A stretch of DNA of 63,197 nucleotides, counting the filler, from Octopus bimaculoides (taxonomy: Eukaryota), in NCBI RefSeq assembly GCF_001194135.2. It is 4 parts of 4 records of this genome, joined end to end, with 100 filler letters (N's around TTAATTAATTAA, not from the genome) between each part and the next. Parts side by side here need not be neighbours in the genome. Positions count along the whole stretch, not along the records: positions 1 to 27,146 come from NC_069001.1; 3 more parts are not named here. The stretch is one strand, 5' to 3'. This document shows positions 1-11,479 of this stretch, in pieces. A program made the translations under genes and the position numbers. The stretch's first letter is position 1. Every line of letters starts with the position of its first letter. The notes beneath the pieces are model-generated. The model saw nothing but the letters and a program-made list of their open reading frames with translations, was not told the origin of the DNA and made no database searches.

Positions 1-22
1 TATATATCTATATATATGTATG

Positions 23-50
<28 letters not shown>

Positions 51-54
<4 letters not shown>

Positions 55-157
55 CGACAGGCTTCTTTCAGCTTCTATCTACCAAATTCATTCATAAGGC
101 CTTCGTTGGCCCGAGGCTTTCGTAGAAGGCACCTACCTAAGTTGCCACGCAATGGCA
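51..157 (-). mobile_element. SINE family A fragment
   Basis: Reverse match to the body of the full copy at 43838-44251. Confidence 0.75.
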
Positions 158-206
158 CGTGTATGTATGCATTTAAACCGAAAGCGAAGCGTCTTTTTGA
201 TTTGAT

Positions 207-212
207 TTTATT
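207..212 (-). terminator. Candidate polyadenylation signal (AATAAA) of the serine protease gene
   Basis: TTTATT on the plus strand, about 57 nt downstream of the protease stop codon at 269-271. Confidence 0.5.
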
Positions 213-268
213 TCATTCTGTTTATATTTTTACATAACGTTTATACCTGCATCTGTTTGTCTTTGATT

Positions 269-502
<234 letters not shown>

Positions 503-912
503 TTATAACGCAGCTGTGTACAAGGAAACCTATTTATAGTCACTCGAGTATCTATAAGATCTCCCCACTACCACAGTCTACTTAGTGAAAAATGAAAGTC
601 ACATTAAATAGTGTTCTTCTACATGCATAATTTAAAAATTAGACGTGGTGCCTAACCGACACACACATATGACTGCATGTTTGCTCTATCAGCATTGAAC
701 TTAGGTTAACACAGCGTCAACAATACCCAATTCGTTTTTTCTTCTCCCCGTTTAGCCAATTTCATAATAGTTTATTGTCCAGCTTCCTGTCACTTTCAAT
801 GTAGTAGCTAGCAAATGACCGATATGAAGCCTTCTCACCGGTTTTTGTTATATCTTCTTCAAACGATAGTTCAACTCAGCAAAGTAAATTTTCAGCTACG
901 ATATTTCTTATA

Positions 913-949
<37 letters not shown>

Positions 950-1839
950 NNNNNNNNNNNNNNNNNNNNNNNNNNNNNNNNNNNNNNNNNNNNNNNNNNN
1001 NNNNNNNNNNNNNNNNNNNNNNNNNNNNNNNNNNNNNNNNNNNNNNNNNNNNNNNNNNNNNNNNNNNNNNNNNNNNNNNNNNNNNNNNNNNNNNNNNNNN
1101 NNNNNNNNNNNNNNNNNNNNNNNNNNNNNNNNNNNNNNNNNNNNNNNNNNNNNNNNNNNNNNNNNNNNNNNNNNNNNNNNNNNNNNNNNNNNNNNNNNNN
1201 NNNNNNNNNNNNNNNNNNNNNNNNNNNNNNNNNNNNNNNNNNNNNNNNNNNNNNNNNNNNNNNNNNNNNNNNNNNNNNNNNNNNNNNNNNNNNNNNNNNN
1301 NNNNNNNNNNNNNNNNNNNNNNNNNNNNNNNNNNNNNNNNNNNNNNNNNNNNNNNNNNNNNNNNNNNNNNNNNNNNNNNNNNNNNNNNNNNNNNNNNNNN
1401 NNNNNNNNNNNNNNNNNNNNNNNNNNNNNNNNNNNNNNNNNNNNNNNNNNNNNNNNNNNNNNNNNNNNNNNNNNNNNNNNNNNNNNNNNNNNNNNNNNNN
1501 NNNNNNNNNNNNNNNNNNNNNNNNNNNNNNNNNNNNNNNNNNNNNNNNNNNNNNNNNNNNNNNNNNNNNNNNNNNNNNNNNNNNNNNNNNNNNNNNNNNN
1601 NNNNNNNNNNNNNNNNNNNNNNNNNNNNNNNNNNNNNNNNNNNNNNNNNNNNNNNNNNNNNNNNNNNNNNNNNNNNNNNNNNNNNNNNNNNNNNNNNNNN
1701 NNNNNNNNNNNNNNNNNNNNNNNNNNNNNNNNNNNNNNNNNNNNNNNNNNNNNNNNNNNNNNNNNNNNNNNNNNNNNNNNNNNNNNNNNNNNNNNNNNNN
1801 NNNNNNNNNNNNNNNNNNNNNNNNNNNNNNNNNNNNNNN

Positions 1840-1969
1840 CTGCCGGAGCCTCGTGGAGGTTTAGGTGTTTTCGCTCAATAAACACACACAACACCCGGTC
1901 TGGGAATCGAAACCGCGATCCTATGACCGCGAGTTCGCTGCCCTAACCACTGGGCCATTGCGCCTCCAC
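1840..1969 (-). mobile_element. SINE family B, 5-prime part (truncated by gap)
   Basis: About 95% identical to 22268-22400 and 6480-6611; tRNA-like A and B boxes. Confidence 0.92.
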
Positions 1970-2102
1970 CTAGCTCACAATATATAGAAGAAAAAGTGGG
2001 ACACAGTCACTGGTTTTGCAACAAGCAAATTAGCTAAATATATATATAAGCAAATTAGCTAAATATATATATATATATATATATAAAGAAAAAACGTCTT
2101 AC

Positions 2103-2237
2103 ATGATAATTTTCCCCAGCCAGCTGTGATACATGTTTTTCCATCAAATACAGTGTGTTTACTTGCCAATGGTATTGCTTTTACGCATGAAGACATCTGT
2201 ATGGCTTTGCCAAGAGTCAATATTGCCACATCATTGT
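2103..2237 (-). CDS. S1A serine protease exon 5 (catalytic Asp)
   Basis: Acceptor ttttatatcttcag, donor gtaaga, 135 nt, phase 1 to 1. Translates to (H)NDVAILTLGKAIQMSSCVKAIPLASKHTVFDGKTCITAGWGKLS, containing the DVAIL and C..AGWG motifs. Confidence 0.96.
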
Positions 2238-2809
2238 CTGAAGATATAAAAAGTATCGAATAAGCAGTATACCCCTATTAGCAATTCTCTTCTCCATATT
2301 AGCAATTAATTTCTATATATTGCATGTAGCTGAATTAAATGTGTTACGTTGTCGGGTTGAATTCTTTCGTAATTTAAAATGTAGAACTTTTTATGTATAT
2401 TACCCAAAGACCTATTTCTAGAAGTATTAGAACTGCTTGCCAATCGGCAGAATACCGGTGCCAGGTATCATCGGATATCATACACTCTATCTATGATATT
2501 TTCTGTTGAATATAGCATTTATATGTTGTTGTACTTGGGGACGGTCATATTGCCAGTTTAGCCAATAAAAACACACGCACTGCGTACAACAACATCTGTT
2601 TCAACACATGATTTCACATCAAAAATCTTGCAAAACAAATATGTAAAATATATTATTGTGTACTTTCCTACAGATATCGTACTAACTTCTTTGCTGTATT
2701 AAGTGGTTAATGTTTTTCAATTTATCATAATTTTTTCTGGAAAAAACTGAAGGAAATTCGTGTTCCGAGGCAAATCAGTCTTAAAACTATTCTTACAGGA
2801 ATTGGTTTC

Positions 2810-3445
2810 AAATTTTAGCTCATGGCCAACAATTTCGGGTATAGTGTTAAGTCGATTTCATTGACCCCCCATTGTTTAACTGGTACTTATTTTACCGACT
2901 CCAAGAAAATGAAAGGTAAAGTCGATCTCGGCAGAACTTGAACCCAGAACGGGAAAACGGACGAACCGCTAACGAAATGCCACTAAGTATTTTGCCTGGC
3001 GTGTTAGCGATTCTGCCTCCTCTTTTTCTACTCTAGGCACAAGGCCCGAAGTTTTGGGGGAGGGATCCAGTCGATTAGATCGACCCCAGTACGCAACTGG
3101 TACTTAATTTATCGACCCCGAAAGGATAAACGGCAAAGTCGACCTCGACGGAATTTGAACTCAGAACATAAAGACAGACGAAATACCGCTAAGTATTTCG
3201 CCCGGCGTGTAAACGTTTCTTATTTCTTTATTGCCCACAAGGGGCTAAATGTAGAAGGGACAAATAAGGACAAAGGAAGGGATTAAGTCGATTACATCGA
3301 CCCCCAGTGCGTAACTGGTACTTAATTTATCGACCCCGAAAGGATGAAAGGCAAAGTCGACCTCGGCGGAATTTGAACTCAGAACGTAACGACAGACGAA
3401 ATACCGCTAAGCATTTCGCCCGGCGTGCTAACGTTCCTGCCAGCT
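2810..3445 (-). mobile_element. Three head-to-tail SINE family C copies (Meta-domain-like core) with different tails
   Basis: Repeated core GAGTTCAAATTCCGCCGAGGTCGACTTTGCCTTTCATCCTTTCGGGGTCGATAAATTAAGTACCAG at about 2870-2950, 3095-3165 and 3315-3385. The core resembles the Meta SINE domain as I recall it; not verified by alignment. Confidence 0.88.
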
Positions 3446-3719
3446 TACACACACACACGCGCGCGCGCGCGCAGATTAATGTTGTAACTGCGAAAACGTT
3501 TGCTGACATGTAAATGGTGGAGTTCATCTTATTACATGATGATTCGCGCCAGCCATCAAAATGTCGACTCAACGGCTGCTGCTTAATGCTCTGTGAGCAC
3601 TGTGAAAGCTATATGATGCGATATGATAAACTGCAACGGAGACTACAACGCTTCGGGAAGCTCGCCGCCTTTATTTTTGCATATCATTAGTTTCAGAATA
3701 CATTTACTTTTCCCTTATT

Positions 3720-4420
3720 TATTAATATTATGGGAGAATGTACGAAAAAAACAACAACAGACGAGGGCAGGTGGTGTAAACAACAAAAGGATGTATTAGT
3801 ATGACGCTCGGGAATACGGAAAGTCTTTAACGTTTCGAGCTACGTTCTTCAACAGAAAGAATACGGAGACAAGGAGAAAAACACGGAGAAAAAAAATTGA
3901 ATAGTGTCCAGTCAGCGGTCAATCATAGTAATGGCTAATCATAGTAATGACTGACCGGAAGTTAGAGATTTATTTTCACAGAGGAGCGAAGAAAAGGGGG
4001 AGAAAGAACGGTGATCGAAGAACGACGGGCTGTGTGTGTGGGAGATAGAATGCTGGTGATCTTGACGTATGTGTGTGTGAAAATGGGGAAGGGAGAAAGG
4101 AGTTGGTCAGTTGTAGTGTGTGCGTGGTGTGATGTGAGGGTGTATTAATATTAGTTGTTTTCGTATATACCCATATTTAGGTGATGGTTTAATCCTTCTC
4201 CTTGTTTAGGACCATCAAATGGCCCTTAGATATCTTTAGTACAGCTACTTAGTTTACAATCATTCGGACCGTTAATATTATCTTTGAATATTCTGGCATC
4301 CAGCCGTCCTGCTTTCCAATGTATTATACCCAGGAGAAACTTTGTCTCTCCTTTCTATACCGTGGTCGCATGATTCTCACTAAACGCTATGCATACTGGC
4401 CTAAACCTTTATCTGCTCCT
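3720..4420 (-). mobile_element. Probable Penelope-like retroelement 3-prime/terminal remnant
   Basis: Carries the hammerhead-like motif at 3824-3860 within a pyrimidine-rich (minus strand) tail. No open RT or GIY-YIG frame could be reconstructed. Confidence 0.4.
3824..3860 (-). ncRNA. Variant hammerhead-like motif (A6 to U)
   Basis: UCUUU-CUGUUGA-A-GAAC(GUA)GCUC-GAAACGU-U-AAAGA. 5-bp stem I and ACGU palindrome, but the core reads CUGUUGA and stem II has one mismatch. Confidence 0.5.
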
Positions 4421-4587
4421 TGAATTTCTGATTTCTCTGTAACTGTGTATTTCGCTAATGTGGCTCCTCACGATTATCGAGACAATATAGTGCTAGAAAG
4501 GCTACCATACTAAATTGAATTTAGCTAATAAAAATATTTAAGTTTAAAATATCTGTACATTTATAAAAATAGACAAATAATACATAC

Positions 4588-4709
4588 GCAGAGCACGGCT
4601 GGTCGTGTAAAACCCTGAGTGGGCTTTGATTCTGGTGGCATATGTGTATTTGGCCTGTGCAGTTGATGTAGCTCCGTAGAATACGACAATTCTCGTCACA
4701 CCTGAAAAC
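4588..4709 (-). CDS. S1A serine protease exon 4
   Basis: Acceptor tttctttccag, donor gtatgt, 122 nt, phase 2 to 1. Translates to (V)FSGVTRIVVFYGATSTAQAKYTYATRIKAHSGFYTTSRAL(H) and joins the His and Asp exons exactly in frame. Confidence 0.9.
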
Positions 4710-5451
4710 CTGGAAAGAAACATTATATATTTATAATTTTTAAATTTATTTAATTATATCTGTTATTTAATATTTCTATGGTTACTTCAAAAACAGAGGG
4801 AGGAGAAATTAGACGCAAAACGCATTGCATCACCATTATTTCCCCACATCAACTCAGCCTTATTTATCATTGTTCCGAAACAATTCAAGAAAGGTAAGGA
4901 CTTCATGGTCTTTCAAAACGTACCTGGACAATTCTCTTCCAAGGAATACCTGAGAAACTACCTGTAGTTGGATATGCTTTGGCCAACAATTCTTATTTGA
5001 GAGTGCTATGATGACACGACACCTGATCCAGCCAAAACTCAAATAATTCAACCATATAGTGTTCATTAAAGTAGCCATGGCATGGGTCAATACAGGCCGA
5101 AACATATCAAAATTTACCCTGGGAAAAAACGTAATGTTTTTATATCAGATTGTTTTTATTTTAGTATTGCCGTGTCCAGATTCATTGTCCACTAATGATT
5201 TCTCCTCTATCTGTTTTTAAGAAGCCATAGAAATAGGTTCAGGTATTCATTAAGAAAAGGGGGAATCACTGAACGCTCAATAAATCTTGAATTACCAGTT
5301 GCATGGTTTTGCTTTAAGTAGAGTCTTGGTAATTTTATCGTAACTAATAGGATATAAATGAGTATTTACAAGTGTGTTGGGGAGGTCACCGAGACAGAAA
5401 TGTGACAAAAGAAACGGTAACTATGATGATGGGTGAAATAAATAAAATAAA

Positions 5452-5699
5452 TGCACCCTTTTAAAGCCTAGCCAGGTTCATGGGCCCGGTTTCCTGGTTT
5501 CAATGGTGTATGTGTCCCCCAGCTGGACGGGACGTCAGTCCATCGCAGCGTCACTCATTTTTGCCAGCTGAGTGGACTGGAGCAACGTGAAATGAAGTGT
5601 TTTGCTCAAGAACACAACGCGTCGCCCGATCCAGGAATCGAAACCACAATCTTATGATCATTATGCTGACACCCTAACCACTAAGCCATGCGCTTCCAC
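5452..5699 (-). mobile_element. SINE family D (tRNA head, V-SINE-like central region)
   Basis: Minus strand TGGCTTAGTGG (A box), GTTTCGATTCC (B box), then TGTGTTCTTGAGCAAAACACTT...GCGATGGACTG..CCCGTCCAG. Confidence 0.8.
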
Positions 5700-6220
5700 T
5701 GGTGATGGGTGAACGGTATCTTAAATTTGGTTATCTATATTTGTAAATTTTGGGATGACATCTGAATCTAATTGATTACTTTAAACATATGTCTTTTAAT
5801 ACTTTCAAATCACCTCTTCGATTTTGGCCCGATCTGTCATTCCGATTTTACTGAAAAAGAAGACAGATATTTGAATGCACAACACTTCATTAATTCCTGT
5901 ACTTTTTTTTTAATTATTTGGGTTTCAATCTTCGCTGATTTAGTATGTGCACTTTGTTGAAACATGACACTGGTATATCTTCCAAGACTACAGTCACAAG
6001 ATTATATTATATCATATCGATTCCATTTCCTCGCACCTACATGTTTTATTGAGGCCCTATACATGGGGACGCATAGTGGAATTTGAAATTAAGACGAAAA
6101 GGAATAAAAACAAAATAGTACTTGTTATTGAAACCCAGAACCATTCTGGATGAACTGCAAAGTATTTTCCGGTACTTTACCAAATTTTCCCTCGATTGTC
6201 CGAACAACCATAGTAACACT

Positions 6221-6611
6221 GTTGTTGTTGTTGGCACTCCGTCGCTTACGACGTTGAGGGTTCCAGTTGATCCGATCAACAGAACAGCCTGCTCGTGAAA
6301 TTAACGTGCAAGTGGCTGAGCACTCCACAGACACGTGTACCCTTAACGTAGTTCTCAGGGATATTCAGCGTGACACAATGTGACAAGGCTGACCCTTTGA
6401 ATTACAGGCACAACAGAAACAGGAAGATAGAGTGAGAGAAAGTTGTGGTGAAAGAGTACAGCAGGCTTCGCCACCATCCCCTGCCGGAGCCTCGTGGAGC
6501 TTTTAGGTGTTTTCGCTCAATAAACATTCACAACGCCCGGTCTGGAAATCGAAACCACGATCCTATGGCCGCGAGTCCGCTGCCCTAACCACTGGGCCAT
6601 TGCGCCTCCAC
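6221..6611 (-). mobile_element. Full-length SINE family B with target-site duplication
   Basis: tRNA-like head and (AAC)n tail, flanked by a perfect direct repeat ATAGTAACACT (6210-6220 and 6612-6622). Located in protease intron 3. Confidence 0.95.
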
Positions 6612-6769
6612 ATAGTAACACTAATTTCCAAACTATGTGTATGAGGCTACAAACTGTTTGGCAGAGAACAGCCTAATGCACAATGGATTGTCTCAGACGT
6701 TTTGTCGATTCTACATCAAACTTTCACACCTAATAATATTTGCATAATTAAAATTACAACTTTACGTAC

Positions 6770-6935
6770 ACACAATGGGCAGCCGTGATCACGTGGGTTG
6801 CGTCCATGATACTACCGCCACATAAGAAAGTTTTCCCATTTTTCTGAATTTGTAATGAAACGATTGATGGGAATTCGCAGCTATTGGCTTTTTGTCCAGC
6901 AACAATGTATGAACTATTGATGAAGAGGTCTTCAT
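6770..6935 (-). CDS. S1A serine protease exon 3 (activation site and catalytic His)
   Basis: Acceptor ttttgcattgtag, donor gtacgt, 166 nt, phase 1 to 2. Translates to (D)EDLFINSSY/IVAGQKANSCEFPSIVSLQIQKNGKTFLCGGSIMDATHVITAAHC(V). Confidence 0.97.
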
Positions 6936-7800
6936 CTACAATGCAAAAATAAAAAGAGAGAATGAGAGAATTAGATAAATTATGTAAGTTAATGACTTTA
7001 TATATTTGAGGTTAAGATCATTATATGAACTACTATCTAATCTAAGGTAATATATTTGGAGAGGAATCTTGCTTGCTTATGTAGAATACATGAACGTAAA
7101 AGAGTCAATTATAGTAGAAATGCAGGACGATAACAAGCAACTGTATCTATGCGAAGTGTAGAAAAAAAAAATGAGTGAAAGATATTTTTTAAGGCGCATT
7201 CAGAACAGGAAGTGAAGCCTCCATGATCATCTAGGACCTCCATGACCTCCGGGCTGTCTTTACTGCATTAGTAGACAGTTTAAGATATCGAGTTGTCCTC
7301 AAACCATATTCTTGATCGCAATACTTCCAACATAGTGAACCACGCAAAATACATCCAAAGCAATTTTCAAACAGGCTGTGCTAAATTTGTTTTTGAAATC
7401 GAATTAATCAGTAATGATCTTGCTACAAATGTAATAGAAACGCCATGTAAATTAGGTACAATGTATCTCTTATTGGCTTTATGGTGATTGTGAACTTACT
7501 GTCTTTGTCATAAGTATACAGAATGCTACCCAACTATACTTTGTTGATAAGCATCCTTTAATATCGTCTACTTAAAAATAACGACGCCATTAAGGAATAT
7601 AGGTAATAAATATGAGAATTTCAGCATGTGAAGCATTTTCTAAGAGTTTAGTCGACAATGTCATTGATCCCAGGTGAATTTATAATCAGAACACAATGAG
7701 ACGAATCTAACTCTCACTAATTCTATTCATTAAATTTCTAATAAATGAGCGGATTGAATAAGATAAATGTTTAGAAAAATAGTAAAAATTATATACATAC

Positions 7801-7816
7801 CTATACCATACTCGAT
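7801..7816 (-). CDS. S1A serine protease exon 2, a 16-nt microexon in the propeptide (IEYGI)
   Basis: tttttttttctag|ATCGAGTATGGTATAG|gtatgt. Strong acceptor and donor; its phase 0 to 1 is exactly what is needed to link exon 1 (phase 0) to exon 3 (phase 1). Confidence 0.85.
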
Positions 7817-8149
7817 CTAGAAAAAAAAAATAAGTAAAGAAATCAATCGCATTTGGGTTTCATAAACAATCATAACGTGACATTTTTAGAGAAGGACGCA
7901 TGCTTTAACGAAGTTCTTTCAGATTTAATCGTCTGGATCAAAATCTGATAATTACTCCAGTCAAACAGTTTGAAAGGTGTTAGAAAATATTGGCGAAAAA
8001 GTCGGGTCTCTTCTGCTCTTGAACGAAGGGGATTAAAACAAATACGGGGTTTTGTCTTAAGAAATCTGAACTTAAACAAAAGACGTAATAAAATTTTAAA
8101 CACACGGTGTTCTGTGCGTGTCTACCTATTTGCTATTATTTTGAATAAT

Positions 8150-8600
8150 CCTTTCCACTATAGACAAAGGTCAGAAATTTTGTGAGAGGTGGCTAGTCGA
8201 TTATATCGACCCCGGCAGCATAACAAGTATTTATTTCATCAACCACGAAAGAATAAAATGCAAAGTCGACTTCGGCGGAATTTGAACTCAGAACGAAAAG
8301 ACGGACGAAATGCCGCAAAGCATTTTTTCCCATCGTGTTGATGATTGCTGCCAACTGGCTGCAATTACCACTTCGATTTAAAATAATGCTTTCTATTACT
8401 GTCCCAGGTGATGAAATTATGTGGAGAAGAGGTTAGTTTATTGCATCGACAAGACTGTTTCTTTTTTTTTTTTCTTTTATCCACTTCAAAAAGAATGAAA
8501 GGCGAAGTCGACCTCAGAGGCAATTCAACGAAGAACGTAAAAACGGACGAAATAGCGCTGAGCATTTTGTCCAGAGTACGAACGATTTTGCAAGCATGCT
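8150..8600 (-). mobile_element. Two older SINE family C copies
   Basis: Degenerate matches to the family C core at about 8200-8300 and 8440-8560. Confidence 0.8.
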
Positions 8601-8645
8601 GCATAAACAATTGCTTCGTGTTTATAGGCATGACACTAACTTCCC

Positions 8646-8686
<41 letters not shown>

Positions 8687-9045
8687 ACTGATAGACATAT
8701 ACATACATACATACATACATACATATTTCTTGCCAATGGTTACTGTTCTCTGAAGTTTTCTCAATAGCTTATCGCTGAAGTTTTGAATACAAATCTCCCA
8801 GTCGAAAATATTATGACTCTTCGACTAGTATTGAATCATTTATGTACTGTGTGCACAATGTACCCAGCTACACCCGCAATAATACGCACACACACACACC
8901 AACACGCGCACTTGCGCGCACGCACACACAAATGGAGAGACAGAATGAGATACTAAAACTGGATATTTTTTTCAAAGTTATATGTAGAAAACTATGCAGG
9001 TTGGGGCATATCTTTAAAATGATAGCAAGATAGAGTATAACTTAC

Positions 9046-9102
9046 TGGTTCTTCGAGAGGCATACCATAGGCCAATGCCACTAGACAGAGTATAAACAGC
9101 AT
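9046..9102 (-). CDS. S1A serine protease exon 1 (signal peptide)
   Basis: caaaaATG start, 57 nt = MLFILCLVALAYGMPLEEP, donor gtaagt. Hydrophobic core and an A-Y-G signal peptidase site. Confidence 0.88.
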
Positions 9103-9156
9103 TTTTGATTATGTTGTAGTACTGGTGAAGTCCTTTGTGTCCGAACAAAATATAAC

Positions 9157-9164
9157 TTTATATA
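9157..9164 (-). promoter_or_regulatory. Candidate TATA box of the protease gene
   Basis: TATATAAA on the minus strand about 55 nt upstream of the ATG. It lies in a short TA run, so a chance match is possible. Confidence 0.4.
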
Positions 9165-9469
9165 TATACATGTGTGTATATATATACACTTATAGAAAGC
9201 GGTTACTCCTTCCACGCGCCCCCGTATTACAACTCTGAGAGATAACAGCTGCTGCCTATCACAGATCAAAGAGGCGTTGAGATTTCCTCATAACAACCTA
9301 AAAAGCTTTTCAGATAAGCAATCGCTCTCGCCTACCAATTTGAATCAAAAGATTTTTGGTGGGAGATTTCATCGATGATTTTCGACAATTTGTGTCCCTC
9401 ATGTTATTATTTTGATACAGCTTGTTTAATGTTTACTTTACAGCTTTAATAACGAGTGCTGAAAAAAAA

Positions 9470-9645
9470 GAATTGCAATTAGAGCCATTTAAGCTATCTG
9501 TGGAAAAGTGGATTGAGTACAAGACCAGCTGCAATAGAAATTAATGATGTGAAAGGCCCTGCATCTGCCAGTGAACATGTGGTGCGAAACAGGTTCAAGC
9601 TAAGTGACACCAGATTCGATGACAAACCACGGTTGACGAGACCCC
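9470..9645 (+). mobile_element. Mariner transposase N-terminal remnant
   Basis: Reads YLWKSGLSTRPAAIEINDVKGPASASEHVVRNRFKLSDTRFDDKPRLTRP, like the mariner HTH region (INDV.G...WF.RF..GD....D.PRSGRP). Confidence 0.7.
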
Positions 9646-9689
9646 CTGTTGTGCCTCATGAAGCCTTCAAATGGACTTATCTTCTCTCC

Positions 9690-10940
9690 TGAAATTTCAG
9701 GCACATGGCCTGAAATTTTAAGGGAGCGGGTAAGTCGATTGCAAGATTGACAAAATTGTTTTGTGACATTTCTTGCGGTTTTACGTTCCAAGTTCAAATT
9801 GATCCGGTATTGATCCAGAACTGTATCACATTCAAAGAAACAAGCTGCGGAAAGCGAGTCTGACAAACGTCAACCTCATCTGTCCACTATCATGGAAACA
9901 ATGGAGATGTCGCGGCTTCAACACATTTCTGTACATCATCAGCCACGGCATGCTCATTCCACTCTCTACTCAGCAAGTGCTGACAACAAATGGCACACCT
10001 GACAAGACGTCCCTTCCACAGAAACACGGAAGAATAAAACACGTCCCTTCAACAGAAATATGGAAGAGTAAAACAAGTCCCTTCCACAGAAAGCGGAAGA
10101 GTATGTGTTTCAACCAGGTCAGACGCGAGCTAGAGCAAGACATGACGCCCAGGCGGAAATATATGACAGGGGTGAAATATACGTTTCTCATCTTAACCCG
10201 TTCTTGCAGCAATCGCTTTCTCTCAATCAAGTTATCGGGGAAATTGGCCACCCTGCTCGTCACTAGTTCTCCACGCGTCCAAAACCAGACCCCGAACAAC
10301 TTTACCGGTCTTTCAGTCCAGCGTCCATCGATGTTATTAGAGGGCTTGAACCTACCGCTCCAGATGCCCAGCTGGAGGCCTGCTGACCTTTCTTGTTTGA
10401 TTTTTGTTTCTGTTACTACCTGGTCGTTTCTTGCAATAAGTGTCGATCAGATATATGAATCTGGTGAGTGACACTTCGCTATGGCAGTGGCATAATCCAC
10501 GTACGCCATCACGGTTCTTCCACTTTCTAGTTCACGCAGAATGCCCTCGATGTCTTTAGTTGGCAGAATAGTGGCTCTTGTGTCACTACATACGAGAGAT
10601 ACAACGTTGATGGACTGGGGGCATGACACTGAATTGTTGCGAGAGGTAACCATTCACCCGAATTACCGAGATAATGTTGTTGTACGCGACAGCAGGAGCC
10701 GGAAGCGGAACTGGCCGTCGTGAAGACAGACACCATGTAGTGGTGGTTAGCCCAATTCTAGAATTTTGATTGATCAAAATTGGGCATCGCCTATGCCAGG
10801 TTCTTTACCCACCCTCTCTACAATATATCACATTAGCTGGAGGTTGTCGTGGATAGATCTGTTTGGGTTGACGCAATTTTTCACATCACCAGTCGGTCCC
10901 CTAGTGACAAGCGCCAACCTCTTTACTAATATCTTGGACA
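9690..10940 (-). mobile_element. L1/Tx1-clade LINE ORF2 (reverse transcriptase) remnant
   Basis: Broken frames give KILVKRLAL...RSIHDNLQLM, AYVDYAT (YADD site), KIKQERSAGLQLGIW..GRWTERPVKLFGVWF and LFRFLWKG, all typical of Tx1 ORF2. Confidence 0.88.
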
Positions 10941-10999
10941 AAATTTTAATTATTCGAAAAGAAGCATGAAAATGTATGGAGGGAATACAAAACCACAAG

Positions 11000-11420
11000 A
11001 TATTGAGGATTTACATAAGCAATACACAATGACAATTTATTTATATTCATGTATCTGTCATGAAGTAGACAGCTACATGAGCGAAGACATGCACTTCACA
11101 ATTGGTCACATCCAAGTCCTTAAAGATCGACCGTATCTTGTGACACAAGTCTTTCCCAAATAACATCTTCAATTCGTCTCAGAGATGTACAGATGTTGTG
11201 GGAGTTGTTGCTGTTCCTCTACTGCTGCTGCCGCCGCCTCTTCTGCCTGCTGCTGTCGCCTCCTCTGCCTGCTGCTGTTGTTGCCTTTGATAACACTGCT
11301 GTTGCTCTTCCTGATTTTGATAAAGTTGTTGTTATGGCTTGAGTTGCAATTGTACTGCCTCTAGCCTTTGTCTATCAGATCGCTGTTTCTTTGGTTACAT
11401 CAACTGATGATTTTTGATTT
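11000..11420 (-). mobile_element. Gln-rich degenerate coding remnant, possibly a Gypsy gag
   Basis: Short frames such as QQLYQNQEEQQQCYQRQQQQQ and MLFGKDLCHKIRSIF; the resemblance is weak. Confidence 0.25.
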
Positions 11421-11479
11421 GAGGGAAGAAGAGTTATAGCGGCAACTAAGTGTTGTAGTGAGAGGAACCATTTCTCATC

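Noticed and set aside
815-1946. Long ORFs in the ORF track spanning N gaps or microsatellites (YIYI, THTH, ERER, poly-M/H/D/E) throughout the window
   Set aside because: They are translations of gaps and simple repeats with no coding signal.
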